A DNA stretch of 64,000 bases from Desulfomicrobium sp. (GTDB lineage: Bacteria; Desulfobacterota; Desulfovibrionia; Desulfovibrionales; Desulfomicrobiaceae). Within the stretch, counting starts at the first letter, position 1. Each line of letters starts with the position of its first letter. The stretch is taken from assembly GCA_040768745.1 (NCBI GenBank), contig JAXGMI010000001.1, positions 1,838,032-1,902,031 on the forward strand. The letters run 5' to 3'. This document shows, in pieces, positions 20,496 through 30,714 of this stretch. The position numbers were made by a program, and so were the translations under genes. The notes below the pieces were generated by a model. That model saw only the letters and a program-made list of their open reading frames with translations. It was not told the DNA's origin and searched no databases.

Positions 20496-22429
20496 ATTCC
20501 TCCCCAGAAGGCCATGGCGCCCAGGGCCATGACACCGGCAAAAACATACAGGATGTAGAGGTGCAGCCGGCCGTGCTGCATTTTTTTGGCTCCCTCGGCG
20601 AGCAGCCCCACACCCCTACCCAGGGGGTGAATGCAGTACTCAAGGACGGTTTCAGGGGTCCGTTCCAGGTAGAGGGCTTTTTCGGGGAACTGGCCGCGCA
20701 CCTTGCGGACCAGACGCGCGGGGCGCAAGATCCACGCAAACCATCGCGTCACGATGCCGGCAAAGGAGCCGCTGGTGTACTGCATGTGTGTGGTGGGGGC
20801 GGCATAGCCGCAGTCCCAGGTCAGGGAGTCGCGCAATCCGTTTCGGGAGACCTTGCGCAGGACCACATACGCTGCGGCCAGCAGTCCGCAGGCCAGAAGC
20901 AGGTGCAGACTGCCCAGATGGAAGACGGGGATATCCACATTTCCTGACCAGCCCGGATTCCATGCCGTGGCCGCGATTGCAGCGGGGCCGAGGGCCATGG
21001 CCGGAAACAGTCCGACCCAGAGCATGAGCCCGGCCAGGACAAGCATGGGCGCGCGCATGCCCCAACCGCACTCCTGCACAGGGGCAGTGCGCCTGGTCCG
21101 CGGGGCACCGAGGAAGATGATGGCCACAGCCTTGGCAAAAGCGGCCAGGGCCAGGGCTCCGGCGGCGGCCAGGACGATGACGGACGGAACGATGGCCCCG
21201 GACACGGGGCCTTTGGCCGCCACAGCCCGGATCAGCCCGAGGTAGATCATCCATTCACTGACAAAACCGTTCAGGGGCGGAAGACCGGACACGGCCGCCG
21301 ATCCCAGGGCAAAGAGCGACGCGGTCCAGGGCAGGAACCTCCACAGTCCGCCAAGCCGGCTCATGTCCCGGGTTCCCGTGGCATGGAGCACGGAGCCCGC
21401 CCCAAGAAAAAGGAGGGACTTGAACAGGCTGTGGTTCCAGACATGCAGCAGGGTTCCGCACAGGGCCACCCGGCCCCAGGCTGCCTGCCCATTGGCCATG
21501 GCCAGGATGGCCAGTCCCAGTCCGGTCAGAATGATGCCGATGTTTTCCACGGAACAGTAGGCCAGCAGGCGCTTGAAATCGTTCTGAGCCATGGCGAAAG
21601 CGATGCCCAGGAGAGCGCTCATGGCCCCAAGCCCCAGCACGACCCATCCAGCCCCCGGGGGGAGTGGGAGCCAGGCGCTGAAGCGGACAATGCCGTAAAC
21701 GCCCATCTTGATGGCCACGGCGGACATCAAGGCCGAGACGTGGCTTGGTGCGTTGGCATGGGCCGAAGGCAGCCAGACGTGCAGGGGAAAGAGGCCTGCT
21801 TTGACTCCAAAGCCGCACAGGGCCAGCCAGAAGAGGGGGGCCAGGGCGGCCTGGTCACGCATGGGGCCCAGGGCCCAGCTCCCGGTGCGGGCAGCCACGG
21901 CCGAGAAAAAGGCGAAAAGGATCATGGTTCCGGCATGGGAGGCGGCCAGGTAGAGCCAGCCGGCCTTCCGCGTTTCCGGTGCGGTATTGTCCAGGGTGAT
22001 GAGGAAGTAGGCGCTGATGGCGAAGATTTCCCACGCCAGCAGGAAATGCAGTCCGTTGGCCAGGCTCAAGACCAGGATCATGCCCAGGATCAGGGCCGCG
22101 CTCCAGGACCGGCCACGGGGAGCCGAATCCGGATGGTGGTGATCGGACCAGTATTCGCGGGAGTAGACTGCGCTCAGCCCTCCGATCACGCTGACCGGAA
22201 CAAGGAAAAGGGCGGAAATGCCATCCACGAGAAATTGTGGGGTCTGGCAGCCGAGGGTGAACGAGGCTTCCCATGCCCAATTTCCCGCGTCTCCCAGGAC
22301 TTGGGCTGCGCTGATGAGGGCGCAGCCCGCTCCGGACAGAACCAAGGCAAGCCAGAGGCGGGGGAATCGTCCGCTCAGGATGGCCAGGCACAGGCAGGCC
22401 AGGGACCCAAAGAAGAACGGTGGGATCAT
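20492..22429 (-). CDS. hyfB: HyfB-like antiporter subunit (copy 2)
   Basis: GVKAGLFPLHVWLPSAHANAPSHVSA, KRLLAY, LPPLNGFVSEW, TWDCGY. Confidence 0.85.
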   Translation of the reverse strand: MIPPFFFGSLACLCLAILSGRFPRLWLALVLSGAGCALISAAQVLGDAGNWAWEASFTLGCQTPQFLVDGISALFLVPVSVIGGLSAVYSREYWSDHHHPDSAPRGRSWSAALILGMILVLSLANGLHFLLAWEIFAISAYFLITLDNTAPETRKAGWLYLAASHAGTMILFAFFSAVAARTGSWALGPMRDQAALAPLFWLALCGFGVKAGLFPLHVWLPSAHANAPSHVSALMSAVAIKMGVYGIVRFSAWLPLPPGAGWVVLGLGAMSALLGIAFAMAQNDFKRLLAYCSVENIGIILTGLGLAILAMANGQAAWGRVALCGTLLHVWNHSLFKSLLFLGAGSVLHATGTRDMSRLGGLWRFLPWTASLFALGSAAVSGLPPLNGFVSEWMIYLGLIRAVAAKGPVSGAIVPSVIVLAAAGALALAAFAKAVAIIFLGAPRTRRTAPVQECGWGMRAPMLVLAGLMLWVGLFPAMALGPAAIAATAWNPGWSGNVDIPVFHLGSLHLLLACGLLAAAYVVLRKVSRNGLRDSLTWDCGYAAPTTHMQYTSGSFAGIVTRWFAWILRPARLVRKVRGQFPEKALYLERTPETVLEYCIHPLGRGVGLLAEGAKKMQHGRLHLYILYVFAGVMALGAMAFWGGM

Positions 22430-23112
22430 CGAGGCAGCCCTTTATGGGTGTCTGCTCCCTTCTCGACAACTTTGAAAATGGCCTCGTCGTCCATTTCTGC
22501 ATCCAGGTTCTGCAGTGCCCCTGAGGTGATGCCTTTGGCCAGCAGGCCGAGCATGTTCACGTGCAGGCGGGGGGTGGGGGAAATGAAAAAAAGCATGCGC
22601 GTGATGGGTATTCCGTCAGGCGGATCGGCCTCGGTGAAGGGGGTCTTGAGCAGGATCAGGGCCACCAGGGCGCAGTCTTCGCCCAGGGAGACACGCATGG
22701 CCGGATGGGGCAGGGCGAAGCCGCTGCCCACAGGGGCGATGTTCACCCCGCCGGGAGCGCACATGCGTTGCACGAGCATGTTCTGCACGGGACCGGGCAG
22801 GCCCGGAAGCCGGCCGACGATGCGATCACAGATCTGAGGCAGGTCGGTCTGCAGCACGTCACGCCAGATCCCGCCACGACGAAGCAGAGGCCCCAGAGCC
22901 AGAGTGTCGGCCTGGGCCGGAGCAGGTTCCGACAGAAAGCCGGTATGGGCGGCAAGCCCATGCTTGGCGGCCCATTCCATAACCTGGGAGCGTTCGAAGA
23001 GGATGCGGCCCCGGTCATGGACGTGAGGCATGCCTTCCTTGCGCACCCAGTCGGTGACGACACTTTCTGACACGCCGAAGGATTCAGCAATTTGGATAAG
23101 ATTGAGGTACAT
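22426..23112 (-). CDS. HTH + PTS EIIA(Ntr/Fru)-domain protein
   Basis: N-terminal MerR/Xis-like HTH (IAESFGVSESVVTDWVR); C-terminal GSGFALPH with phospho-His. Confidence 0.8.
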   Translation of the reverse strand: MYLNLIQIAESFGVSESVVTDWVRKEGMPHVHDRGRILFERSQVMEWAAKHGLAAHTGFLSEPAPAQADTLALGPLLRRGGIWRDVLQTDLPQICDRIVGRLPGLPGPVQNMLVQRMCAPGGVNIAPVGSGFALPHPAMRVSLGEDCALVALILLKTPFTEADPPDGIPITRMLFFISPTPRLHVNMLGLLAKGITSGALQNLDAEMDDEAIFKVVEKGADTHKGLPR

Positions 23113-23142
23113 GATGTGAGTGAGATTTGAGTGTTTCCGAAA

Positions 23143-25086
23143 CTATGACCTGCCACTCAGGATTGCCGCTGCAGACAGAACCAGGATGGCGACGCACAGG
23201 TAGAAGATGTAGGATTGGACCCGGCCATGCTGAAAGCCGCTGGCCTTGTCCGCCAAGCGCAGAATCTTATGCCCAACGGGTTCGACCACATGTTCAAGCA
23301 CTGTTTCCGGAGTGTGGGACGCACACTGGGCCGCGGATGGAAAAAAGGTTGTGGGCCGGATTTCATGCACCGTGGGTCGCAGAATCCAGGCAAACCACTC
23401 GTTGATGATGCCCGCGAAGGAGCCCGCCGTGTACTGCATGCGGGCAGAGGGAGCGGAGAAGCCGCAATCCCAGGTCACGGATCTGCGCACCCGGTTGCGC
23501 AGGAACCATATCGTGCCAACCCCGGCCGCCAGTCCCAGGACAGCCAGGGCCACATGGGTCAAGCCGAGGGTGTACAGTGCATCCGGGGCGCGGCTGGACA
23601 TGTCCACAGCGGACCAATCCTTGGCCACGCGGGAGAGAACCTGCCAGAACATGGCCGGGAAGAGGCCGATGAGCGTACATCCGGCAGCCAGCATCAGCAT
23701 GGCCCCGCGCATGCCCCAGCCGCATTCGTGGGCGCGTTCGGCTGGCGCAGAACGGGGCGCACCAAGGGACACCACTCCGCAGACCTTGGTGAAACAGGCC
23801 AGGGCCAAAGCTCCGGTCACGGCCAGAAGCACTGCGGCCGGAATGACAGCCATGGCCACATCGTTCCATTCCATGCCTGCCAAAAGGAGTCCGGAGTAGA
23901 TCAGCCATTCGCTGACGAAACCATTCAGGGGCGGTAGTCCGCTGATGGCCACGGAACCGAGGGTGAACAGGGCGGCGGTCCACGGCATGTGCCGCCACAG
24001 GCCACCCAGCCGGCTCATTTGGCGCGTTCCTGTGGCATGCAGCACGGCCCCGGCACCAAAGAACAGCAGCGACTTGAACAGGCCATGGTTCCATACGTGC
24101 AGCAATCCTCCAGCCAGGGCCAGGGTGCCCCAGTACGGCGTGTCCCGCTCCAGGGCCACGGTCGCAAATCCCAGGCCCATCAGAATGATGCCGATGTTTT
24201 CCACGCTGTGGTAGGCCAGGAGCCTTTTGAGGTCGTGCTGTCCCAGGGCGAAGGCCACGCCGAGCACGGCGCTCGTGCATCCCAGTCCAGCCATGACCCA
24301 GCCCGCGCCTGGGGGCGTCGGGAGCCAGCCACTGAAACGAACCAGCCCGTAGATACCGATCTTGAGTGCCACGCCCGAAAGCAGTGCGGAGACATGGCTC
24401 GGAGCGTTTGCATGGGCCGATGGCAGCCAGACGTGCAGGGGGAACACGCCGGCCTTGATGCCGAAACCGAGGAATGCCAGCCAGAAAAGGGGGGCGAGTT
24501 CCACATTGTCCCGCATGGGTCCCAATTCCCAGCTTCCTGTTTGCGCGGCCAGAGATGCGAAAAAAGCGAAGAGGGCCAGGGTACCCACATGGGATGCGGC
24601 CAGGTACAGCCAGCCGGCTGCACGGACTTGGGGATTGCCTCGCTCCAGACTGACCAGAAAATAGGCGCTGACCGCAAAGAGTTCCCATCCAAGGAGGAAG
24701 TGCAGTCCATTGGCGGCAGTCAGGACGAGGCCCATGCCTGTAATCATGGCGTTCCACCACAGGCGGCCGGATGGGGCGGTACGGGGATGGGTCGAGTCGG
24801 GCCAGTACCTGATGGCGTAGATGGAACCTGCTGCGGCTACGGTGGAAAGGAGAACCAGAAAAAAGGCGCTGACGGCATCGAGGAGCAGGGTAAGAGGGGT
24901 TCCTCCCAGGAGGAAATCGCTCTTCCAGGACCATCCGGGCTGGCCGGTCAGCACAATGGTTCCTGCCAGAAAAGCCGTGATTGCACCAGTCAAGGTACAT
25001 GCAGCCCACCATCGGGGAAAGGACATGCTTGCCATACCGCCAAGCATTCCGATCAAAGAGCATAAGAGTAACAAGGAAATATCCAT
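23143..25086 (-). CDS. hyfB: HyfB-like antiporter subunit (copy 1)
   Basis: Same motifs as 20492-22429 (GIKAGVFPLHVWLPSAH, KRLLAYHSVENIG). Confidence 0.85.
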   Translation of the reverse strand: MDISLLLLCSLIGMLGGMASMSFPRWWAACTLTGAITAFLAGTIVLTGQPGWSWKSDFLLGGTPLTLLLDAVSAFFLVLLSTVAAAGSIYAIRYWPDSTHPRTAPSGRLWWNAMITGMGLVLTAANGLHFLLGWELFAVSAYFLVSLERGNPQVRAAGWLYLAASHVGTLALFAFFASLAAQTGSWELGPMRDNVELAPLFWLAFLGFGIKAGVFPLHVWLPSAHANAPSHVSALLSGVALKIGIYGLVRFSGWLPTPPGAGWVMAGLGCTSAVLGVAFALGQHDLKRLLAYHSVENIGIILMGLGFATVALERDTPYWGTLALAGGLLHVWNHGLFKSLLFFGAGAVLHATGTRQMSRLGGLWRHMPWTAALFTLGSVAISGLPPLNGFVSEWLIYSGLLLAGMEWNDVAMAVIPAAVLLAVTGALALACFTKVCGVVSLGAPRSAPAERAHECGWGMRGAMLMLAAGCTLIGLFPAMFWQVLSRVAKDWSAVDMSSRAPDALYTLGLTHVALAVLGLAAGVGTIWFLRNRVRRSVTWDCGFSAPSARMQYTAGSFAGIINEWFAWILRPTVHEIRPTTFFPSAAQCASHTPETVLEHVVEPVGHKILRLADKASGFQHGRVQSYIFYLCVAILVLSAAAILSGRS

Positions 25087-25562
25087 AGCAAAACTGGATG
25101 CGATGATATATTTTTTCAGTTATAATGAATTTTCTAGGCGATAAATACGTCAATAATTAAATATACTGCATATTATTTATGCAAATTACTACGCAGTTTT
25201 TATTTTTTAATGATCTTTTATATTTTCAAGATGAATTACAAGACATGCATTACGTAGTCATGAAAGCGCGTCCAGCATGATCTCAAATCCAGACCAGTGG
25301 ATATGCCTCTCGACATAGGGAGTCAAGGAATTGAGCGGGTCCAGGCGAATTTTGTTCTAAAAGGACGTTGATCTGCAACAGGATTTCGCGGTTTTCGAGC
25401 AAGGGCGTACGGTTTTTCTGTTCTGCCAGGCAGGAAGCATCTTTTGCCTGTGCACAGAACTGTCCGGCTGGAATGCTTGGATAGTGGTGAGGGGCGGGCT
25501 GCTCCATGGGGGAAGAAATGTAATTTTTTTCCTGCGCAAAAGCCGAAAAGTGGAGGATTGGC

Positions 25563-25616
25563 TTGACTCGCCGGCGGGAAGGTGAGTATAAGTGGGAAAA
25601 AGTGGTAAATAGTGGA
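25563..25616 (+). promoter_or_regulatory. dcw promoter with MraZ-binding direct repeats
   Basis: TTGACT-N18-TATAAG; GTGAG/GTGGG/GTGGT/GTGGA at an exact 10-bp period (25582, 25592, 25602, 25612). Confidence 0.75.
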
Positions 25617-25634
25617 AGAGGCGGTGCGATAGCG

Positions 25635-26090
25635 ATGTTTCGAGGGCATTCACAGCGTTCACAGGATCCCAAGGGGAGGCTCATGCTTCCGCCTGAATTC
25701 CGAGACGAGGTTTTTGCCCAGTCGGCCGAAGGGAAGCTCGTGCTGACCAATTTCGACGACTGTGTTGCGGCCTATCCTCTGCCTGAATGGGAAGTCATAG
25801 AGCAGAATTTTTCCCGCCTGAACATGGCCGACCGGCGTGTGCGCGATTTTCATCGATTTTTCATTTCCGGTGCAGTGGAGGTGACCCTGGACAGGCAGGG
25901 GCGGGTGCTCATTCCACCTCATCTGCGCAGCTATGCAGGGCTGCAGAAGGACATAGTTCTGGCCGGGGTCGGCCGCAAGTTCGAGATCTGGGATCAGGAG
26001 CGGTTCGAGGCCCAGCGCAAGGCCATGCAGGAAAATTTCGACCAGGTCATGGATGATCTGGCGGGCAACGGCTTTGAGTTGCGGTTCTGA
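25635..26090 (+). CDS. mraZ: Transcriptional regulator MraZ
   Basis: DPKGRLMLP and DRQGRVLIP repeats. Confidence 0.95.
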   Translation: MFRGHSQRSQDPKGRLMLPPEFRDEVFAQSAEGKLVLTNFDDCVAAYPLPEWEVIEQNFSRLNMADRRVRDFHRFFISGAVEVTLDRQGRVLIPPHLRSYAGLQKDIVLAGVGRKFEIWDQERFEAQRKAMQENFDQVMDDLAGNGFELRF

Positions 26091-26098
26091 TCGGGGGC

Positions 26099-27061
26099 AT
26101 GGACATGCACTCCGATCACCAGCCAGTCATGCTCCACGAAGTGATGGAATGGATCGAGCCAAGGGCTGGAGGCCGCTATCTGGACGTCACTCTCGGTCTT
26201 GGCGGCCACGCAGCAAGGCTCATGGAGTTGACGGGCGGACAGGCGTATCTTCTTGGACTGGACCGGGACCGGCAGGCCCTGGAAAAGGCTCGGGCCAGGC
26301 TGGCTTCCTATGGAGACCGGGTGATCACCGCGCATAGCTCCTTTCAGTTTTTTGAATCGGCCCTGGCCGATGCCGGCTGGGATCTTGTGGACGGGGTCAT
26401 TGCCGACCTGGGAGTGTCTTCGCTGCAGTTGGACAACCCTGAGCGGGGCTTCTCATTCCTGCATGAGGGACCCCTTGACATGCGCATGGATGCCGGTTCA
26501 GGCGGGGAGCCGGCCTCGAACGTCGTCAACTCCGCCTCCTACGAGCGGCTCCGCAAGGTTATCTGGGAGTACGGGGAGGAGCCCATGGCCGGACGTATTG
26601 CCCGGGCCATCGTCTCCTCCCGTCAAGAGCGGAGAATCGAAACCACCCAGGAGCTGGCCCGCATCGTCGCCGCAGCCTACCCTGCCAAGAGGCGGGCTCT
26701 GGCCCGGAACCATCCGGCGACCAAGACGTTCCAGGCGCTGCGCATCGAGGTCAACCACGAGTTGGAGCAGATCGAAATTTTTCTGGACCGGGTCATCGAT
26801 GTCCTTCGACCCGGAGCGCGCCTTGCCATCATTTCCTTTCATTCTCTGGAGGACCGCATCGTGAAGCAGGCTTTTCGCAAGGAAAGCTCCGGATGTCTTT
26901 GTCCCCGCGAATTCCCTGTCTGCCAGTGCGGGCATAAGAAGAGACTGAATCTGCTGGTGCGCAAACCCCTGGTTCCGACAGAAGAGGAAATGCGGGCCAA
27001 CAGCCGGAGCAGGAGTGCCAAGCTGCGTGTGGCCGAGCGCGTGTCCGGGGGGAATACATGA
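26099..27061 (+). CDS. rsmH: 16S rRNA m4C1402 methyltransferase
   Basis: HQPVML, GLGGH, DLGVSSLQLD, GPLDMRM, FHSLEDR, SRSAKLR. Confidence 0.96.
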   Translation: MDMHSDHQPVMLHEVMEWIEPRAGGRYLDVTLGLGGHAARLMELTGGQAYLLGLDRDRQALEKARARLASYGDRVITAHSSFQFFESALADAGWDLVDGVIADLGVSSLQLDNPERGFSFLHEGPLDMRMDAGSGGEPASNVVNSASYERLRKVIWEYGEEPMAGRIARAIVSSRQERRIETTQELARIVAAAYPAKRRALARNHPATKTFQALRIEVNHELEQIEIFLDRVIDVLRPGARLAIISFHSLEDRIVKQAFRKESSGCLCPREFPVCQCGHKKRLNLLVRKPLVPTEEEMRANSRSRSAKLRVAERVSGGNT

Positions 27062-27330
27062 GCGGGAGCAGATCGGGTTTCTGGAGCGTGGGGTTGATGT
27101 TTCTGGTGACCATCGCCCTGGGGCTTGGCCTGGTCTGGGTGAACATTGAGCGCGTGGATCTGGCCTACGAACTGAAAAGCCTGGAGAGAGAGCTGCAGGA
27201 AAAGCAGGAGCAGAACTCCAAGCTTCAGGTGGAGCGCCACTATCTTCTGGCACCTGCGACCCTGAGGGTACGGGCGGAAATGGCGGGCCTGAAGCCTCCC
27301 CGCAGGGATCAGATCAGGACCTTGGAATGA
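27058..27330 (+). CDS. ftsL: Cell division protein FtsL
   Basis: TM helix + coiled coil, between rsmH and ftsI. Confidence 0.75.
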   Translation: MSGSRSGFWSVGLMFLVTIALGLGLVWVNIERVDLAYELKSLERELQEKQEQNSKLQVERHYLLAPATLRVRAEMAGLKPPRRDQIRTLE

Positions 27331-27346
27331 CGGGCAGAGCTGAATC

Positions 27347-29281
27347 GTGACCAAAAGCGGAAACAAACCACCCAAAGACCGGAGCCGCGGCAAAATCATT
27401 TTCGCCGGGGTCGTGTTTGGTCTGGCCCTCTTGGGTCTGTGGGCCCGTGCATACTTCGTGCAGGTGGTCAAGGGTCCTGAATACGCGAGAATGGCCAACC
27501 GTCAGTACTGGGCCTCAGAAACTGTTTCCGGAAAACGTGGAGAAATATTTGATCGCAACGGGCTGCTTCTGGCCAAGTCCATCACCACGCAGTCCGTTTC
27601 TGTGCGACCCCACGAGGTGATTGATCCATGGACCGTTTCGCAGCGCCTGGGCAGGATTCTGGGCATCAACCCGCGCAACATCAGCCGCATGCTGGGGGAT
27701 AAAAAGCGATTCGTATGGGTCGCGCGGAAGATCAGCGACGCGCAGGCGACCGCCATCCGGGAGGAAATGCTTCCCGGGGTGCATCTGGAGGCCGAACATT
27801 CACGTCAATACCCTCAGGGGCACATGGCCGGACAGCTGCTCGGCTTTGTCAATGTCGATGGGCAAGGCATCGAAGGCGTGGAGAAGAGTTTCAATGAGCT
27901 GCTGGCCCCCTCTTCCGCCAAGTACACAGTGCAGAAGGACGCCGCGGGCAACAGGCTTTCGTCGCCCGAGGCGGGGGACAGAACCAGTTTTGACGGCCAG
28001 AACCTGCGTCTGACCATCGACAGCCAGGTTCAGCTGGCCACGGAGGAAGCCTTGGCCCGGAGCGTGATGAACGCCAAGGCCAAGTACGGCATGGGGCTGG
28101 TGGTGGACGTGACCACGGGCGAAATTTTGGGCTGGGCGAACTACCCGCTGTTCAACCCCAACTCGGTCAAGAAGACAAGCGGGGAGTGGAAGAACCGTTT
28201 GGCCGTGGATATTTTCGAACCGGGATCGACCATGAAACCCATCATGGTCGCTGCGGCCCTGCAGGAAAAGGTTTGTACCCCGTTAACAGAGTTTTATTGC
28301 GAAAATGGGAAATGGCAGGTTGCTGGCCGCAGGATCAAGGACACGCACAAGTACGAAAAGCTCAGCGTCAACAAGATTATCCGCTATTCGAGCAATATCG
28401 GGGCGGCCAAGATAGGCCTGGCTCTGGGGGCCGCCAAATACAGCCACCATCTGGAAGAGATCGGGTTCTCCCGCCCGGTGGGCTTGCCCCTGCCCGGAGA
28501 ATCGGCCGGACTGTTGCGGCCGGCCAGGCAATGGACGCAGGTCGATCTGGCCAACATGGCCTTTGGCCAGGGGTTGGGCGTGACCATGCTGCAGATGGCC
28601 GAGGCGTATCTGTGCATCGCCAACCAGGGTGTGCGTCTGCCCCTTCGCCTGGTGTATGAACCGGAACGGCCGGTGGAAGGGAAGCGGGTCTTTGATCCGG
28701 ATGTGGCAGCCAAGGTCATGGCCATGCTTGAAGAGGTGGTCCAGGAGGACGGCACTGGCACCAGATCCCGCATCGAGGGAGTCCGCGTGGCAGGAAAAAC
28801 CGGCACGGCCCAGAAGGCAAGTCCCACCGGAGGCTACGGCAGGGATTACGTGGCCTCGTTTTTCGCCATCTTTCCGGCGGACAAGCCCCGCTATCTGGTC
28901 TGCATGATGGTCGACGAACCCCAGGCCGGGCATTACGGCGGGGTCCTGGTGGCTCCGGAAGTGCGCAATGTCGGTGTACAGCTTCTGACCTCCACCGGGA
29001 TGCTGGCCGAACCGACGGATACGAAGCATGCTTCGCAGCCGGCTGCGGAACGTTTCACGGCTTCAGTGCACAGGGAGGATGCCATTCCTGTAGATCAGGA
29101 CAGCATGCCCAACCTCCAGGGCATCACTGTCCGCAAGGCCTTGGAAATGCTTGTTGCCCACGGCATCGTACCCACGGTCAGCGGGCAGGGCGTTCTCGTC
29201 GATAAGCAGAAGCCGCTTCCCGGCGAGAAGTGGCCATCGGACAAAAAATGTCAGCTTTGGCTGGGACATCAGCCGGGATAG
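27347..29281 (+). CDS. ftsI: PBP3 transpeptidase with PASTA domain
   Basis: RGEIFDRNG, STMK, SSN, KTGT. Confidence 0.94.
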   Translation: MTKSGNKPPKDRSRGKIIFAGVVFGLALLGLWARAYFVQVVKGPEYARMANRQYWASETVSGKRGEIFDRNGLLLAKSITTQSVSVRPHEVIDPWTVSQRLGRILGINPRNISRMLGDKKRFVWVARKISDAQATAIREEMLPGVHLEAEHSRQYPQGHMAGQLLGFVNVDGQGIEGVEKSFNELLAPSSAKYTVQKDAAGNRLSSPEAGDRTSFDGQNLRLTIDSQVQLATEEALARSVMNAKAKYGMGLVVDVTTGEILGWANYPLFNPNSVKKTSGEWKNRLAVDIFEPGSTMKPIMVAAALQEKVCTPLTEFYCENGKWQVAGRRIKDTHKYEKLSVNKIIRYSSNIGAAKIGLALGAAKYSHHLEEIGFSRPVGLPLPGESAGLLRPARQWTQVDLANMAFGQGLGVTMLQMAEAYLCIANQGVRLPLRLVYEPERPVEGKRVFDPDVAAKVMAMLEEVVQEDGTGTRSRIEGVRVAGKTGTAQKASPTGGYGRDYVASFFAIFPADKPRYLVCMMVDEPQAGHYGGVLVAPEVRNVGVQLLTSTGMLAEPTDTKHASQPAAERFTASVHREDAIPVDQDSMPNLQGITVRKALEMLVAHGIVPTVSGQGVLVDKQKPLPGEKWPSDKKCQLWLGHQPG

Positions 29282-29292
29282 GGAAGGCCGCG

Positions 29293-30714
29293 ATGAACCT
29301 CGAGACGGTTCTGGACAAACTCAGAAACAAGACCGGGCTGCGCACCCATTCAGGAAAGGTGCAGCCCGGGGATGTGTTTGTGGCTTTGGCCGGAACCAGG
29401 GTGGACGGGGCATATTTCATCGATGAGGCCGTGAACCGTGGTGCCTCTGTTGTCATACATGGGCATGGCGCCGCCGTCACGCCCAGGAGAGGCGTTGATT
29501 TCCTCAGCGTGGATGATCCGGCCAAGACCCTGGGCCGTTTGTGTCTGGCCGCATTCGGCACCGAGGCGCGTCTGCCCAAGATCATCGGAGTGACCGGAAC
29601 CAACGGTAAAACCACCACTGCCCATTTGCTCCATCACCTTTTGAGCGCAAACGGTTTCTCCACAGGTCTGATCGGCACGGTCAGGTACGCGTGGGCCGGG
29701 AAGGAGTATGCTTCCTCCATGACCACCCCTGACTGCCTGGCTTTGCACGAATTGGTTGGGCGCATGAGCCGGGACGGGGTCGAATATCTGGTCATGGAAA
29801 TCTCCTCCCATGCCCTGGACCAGGACCGTATTGCGGGGTTGCCTGTGGAGGTCGGTGTTTTTTCAAACCTGACCCAGGATCACCTGGACTATCACAGGGA
29901 CATGGAGTCCTACTTCGCGGCCAAGGCCCGTCTTTTCTGGGGCGAGGACCAGCAGTGCGCCAGGGGCGTGGTCAACATGGATGACAGTTTTGGAAGCAGA
30001 CTGCGTCGAGGTCGGCCTGATCTCGTCGGGTACGGGATTGAGACGTCAGATGCTCAACTGCATGGGCAGATCCTGTCCGCTGGCACGTGGGGTATGCATC
30101 TCGGCATGAGCTGGGAAGGGCGGACATGGGAACTGCGTACCAGACTGGTGGGCCGTCACAATGCCTACAACCTGCTCGCCTGCCAGGGTGCTGGACTTCT
30201 TCTGGGCCTTGACCCCGGGCGATTGGCCTGTCTGGCCGAGGCCGCTGGCGCACCTGGCCGCCTGGAACGGGTACCCAACGCACGCGGTCTGGATATTTTC
30301 ATCGATTATGCGCACACCCCTGACGCATTGGAGAAAGTGTCCATGGCCCTCAAAACCATGGGATTCTCCCGACTGATCACTGTTTTTGGCTGCGGGGGGG
30401 ACAGGGATGCGAGCAAGCGCCCTCTGATGGGGCAGGCAGTGGCCCGCCATGCCGATGTGGCTGTGCTGACCTCGGACAATCCACGCACCGAGAATCCGGA
30501 ATCCATCCTGGACCAGGTCCAGCCGGGTCTGGCCTCGGTCCGGCGTCTGATCCGGGAGGTGGACCGGCGCAAGGCCATCGGTTTGGCCATCGAGTGCATG
30601 CAGCCCGGGGACGCCCTGCTGATCGCCGGCAAAGGCCATGAGGACTACCAGATCATCGGAACCCAGAAGTGTCATTTTTCCGATTTTGAGGTGGTACGGG
30701 AGTACCTGCAATGA
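29293..30714 (+). CDS. murE: UDP-MurNAc-tripeptide synthetase (mDAP)
   Basis: [28 protein letters not shown]. Confidence 0.95.
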   Translation: MNLETVLDKLRNKTGLRTHSGKVQPGDVFVALAGTRVDGAYFIDEAVNRGASVVIHGHGAAVTPRRGVDFLSVDDPAKTLGRLCLAAFGTEARLPKIIGVTGTNGKTTTAHLLHHLLSANGFSTGLIGTVRYAWAGKEYASSMTTPDCLALHELVGRMSRDGVEYLVMEISSHALDQDRIAGLPVEVGVFSNLTQDHLDYHRDMESYFAAKARLFWGEDQQCARGVVNMDDSFGSRLRRGRPDLVGYGIETSDAQLHGQILSAGTWGMHLGMSWEGRTWELRTRLVGRHNAYNLLACQGAGLLLGLDPGRLACLAEAAGAPGRLERVPNARGLDIFIDYAHTPDALEKVSMALKTMGFSRLITVFGCGGDRDASKRPLMGQAVARHADVAVLTSDNPRTENPESILDQVQPGLASVRRLIREVDRRKAIGLAIECMQPGDALLIAGKGHEDYQIIGTQKCHFSDFEVVREYLQ

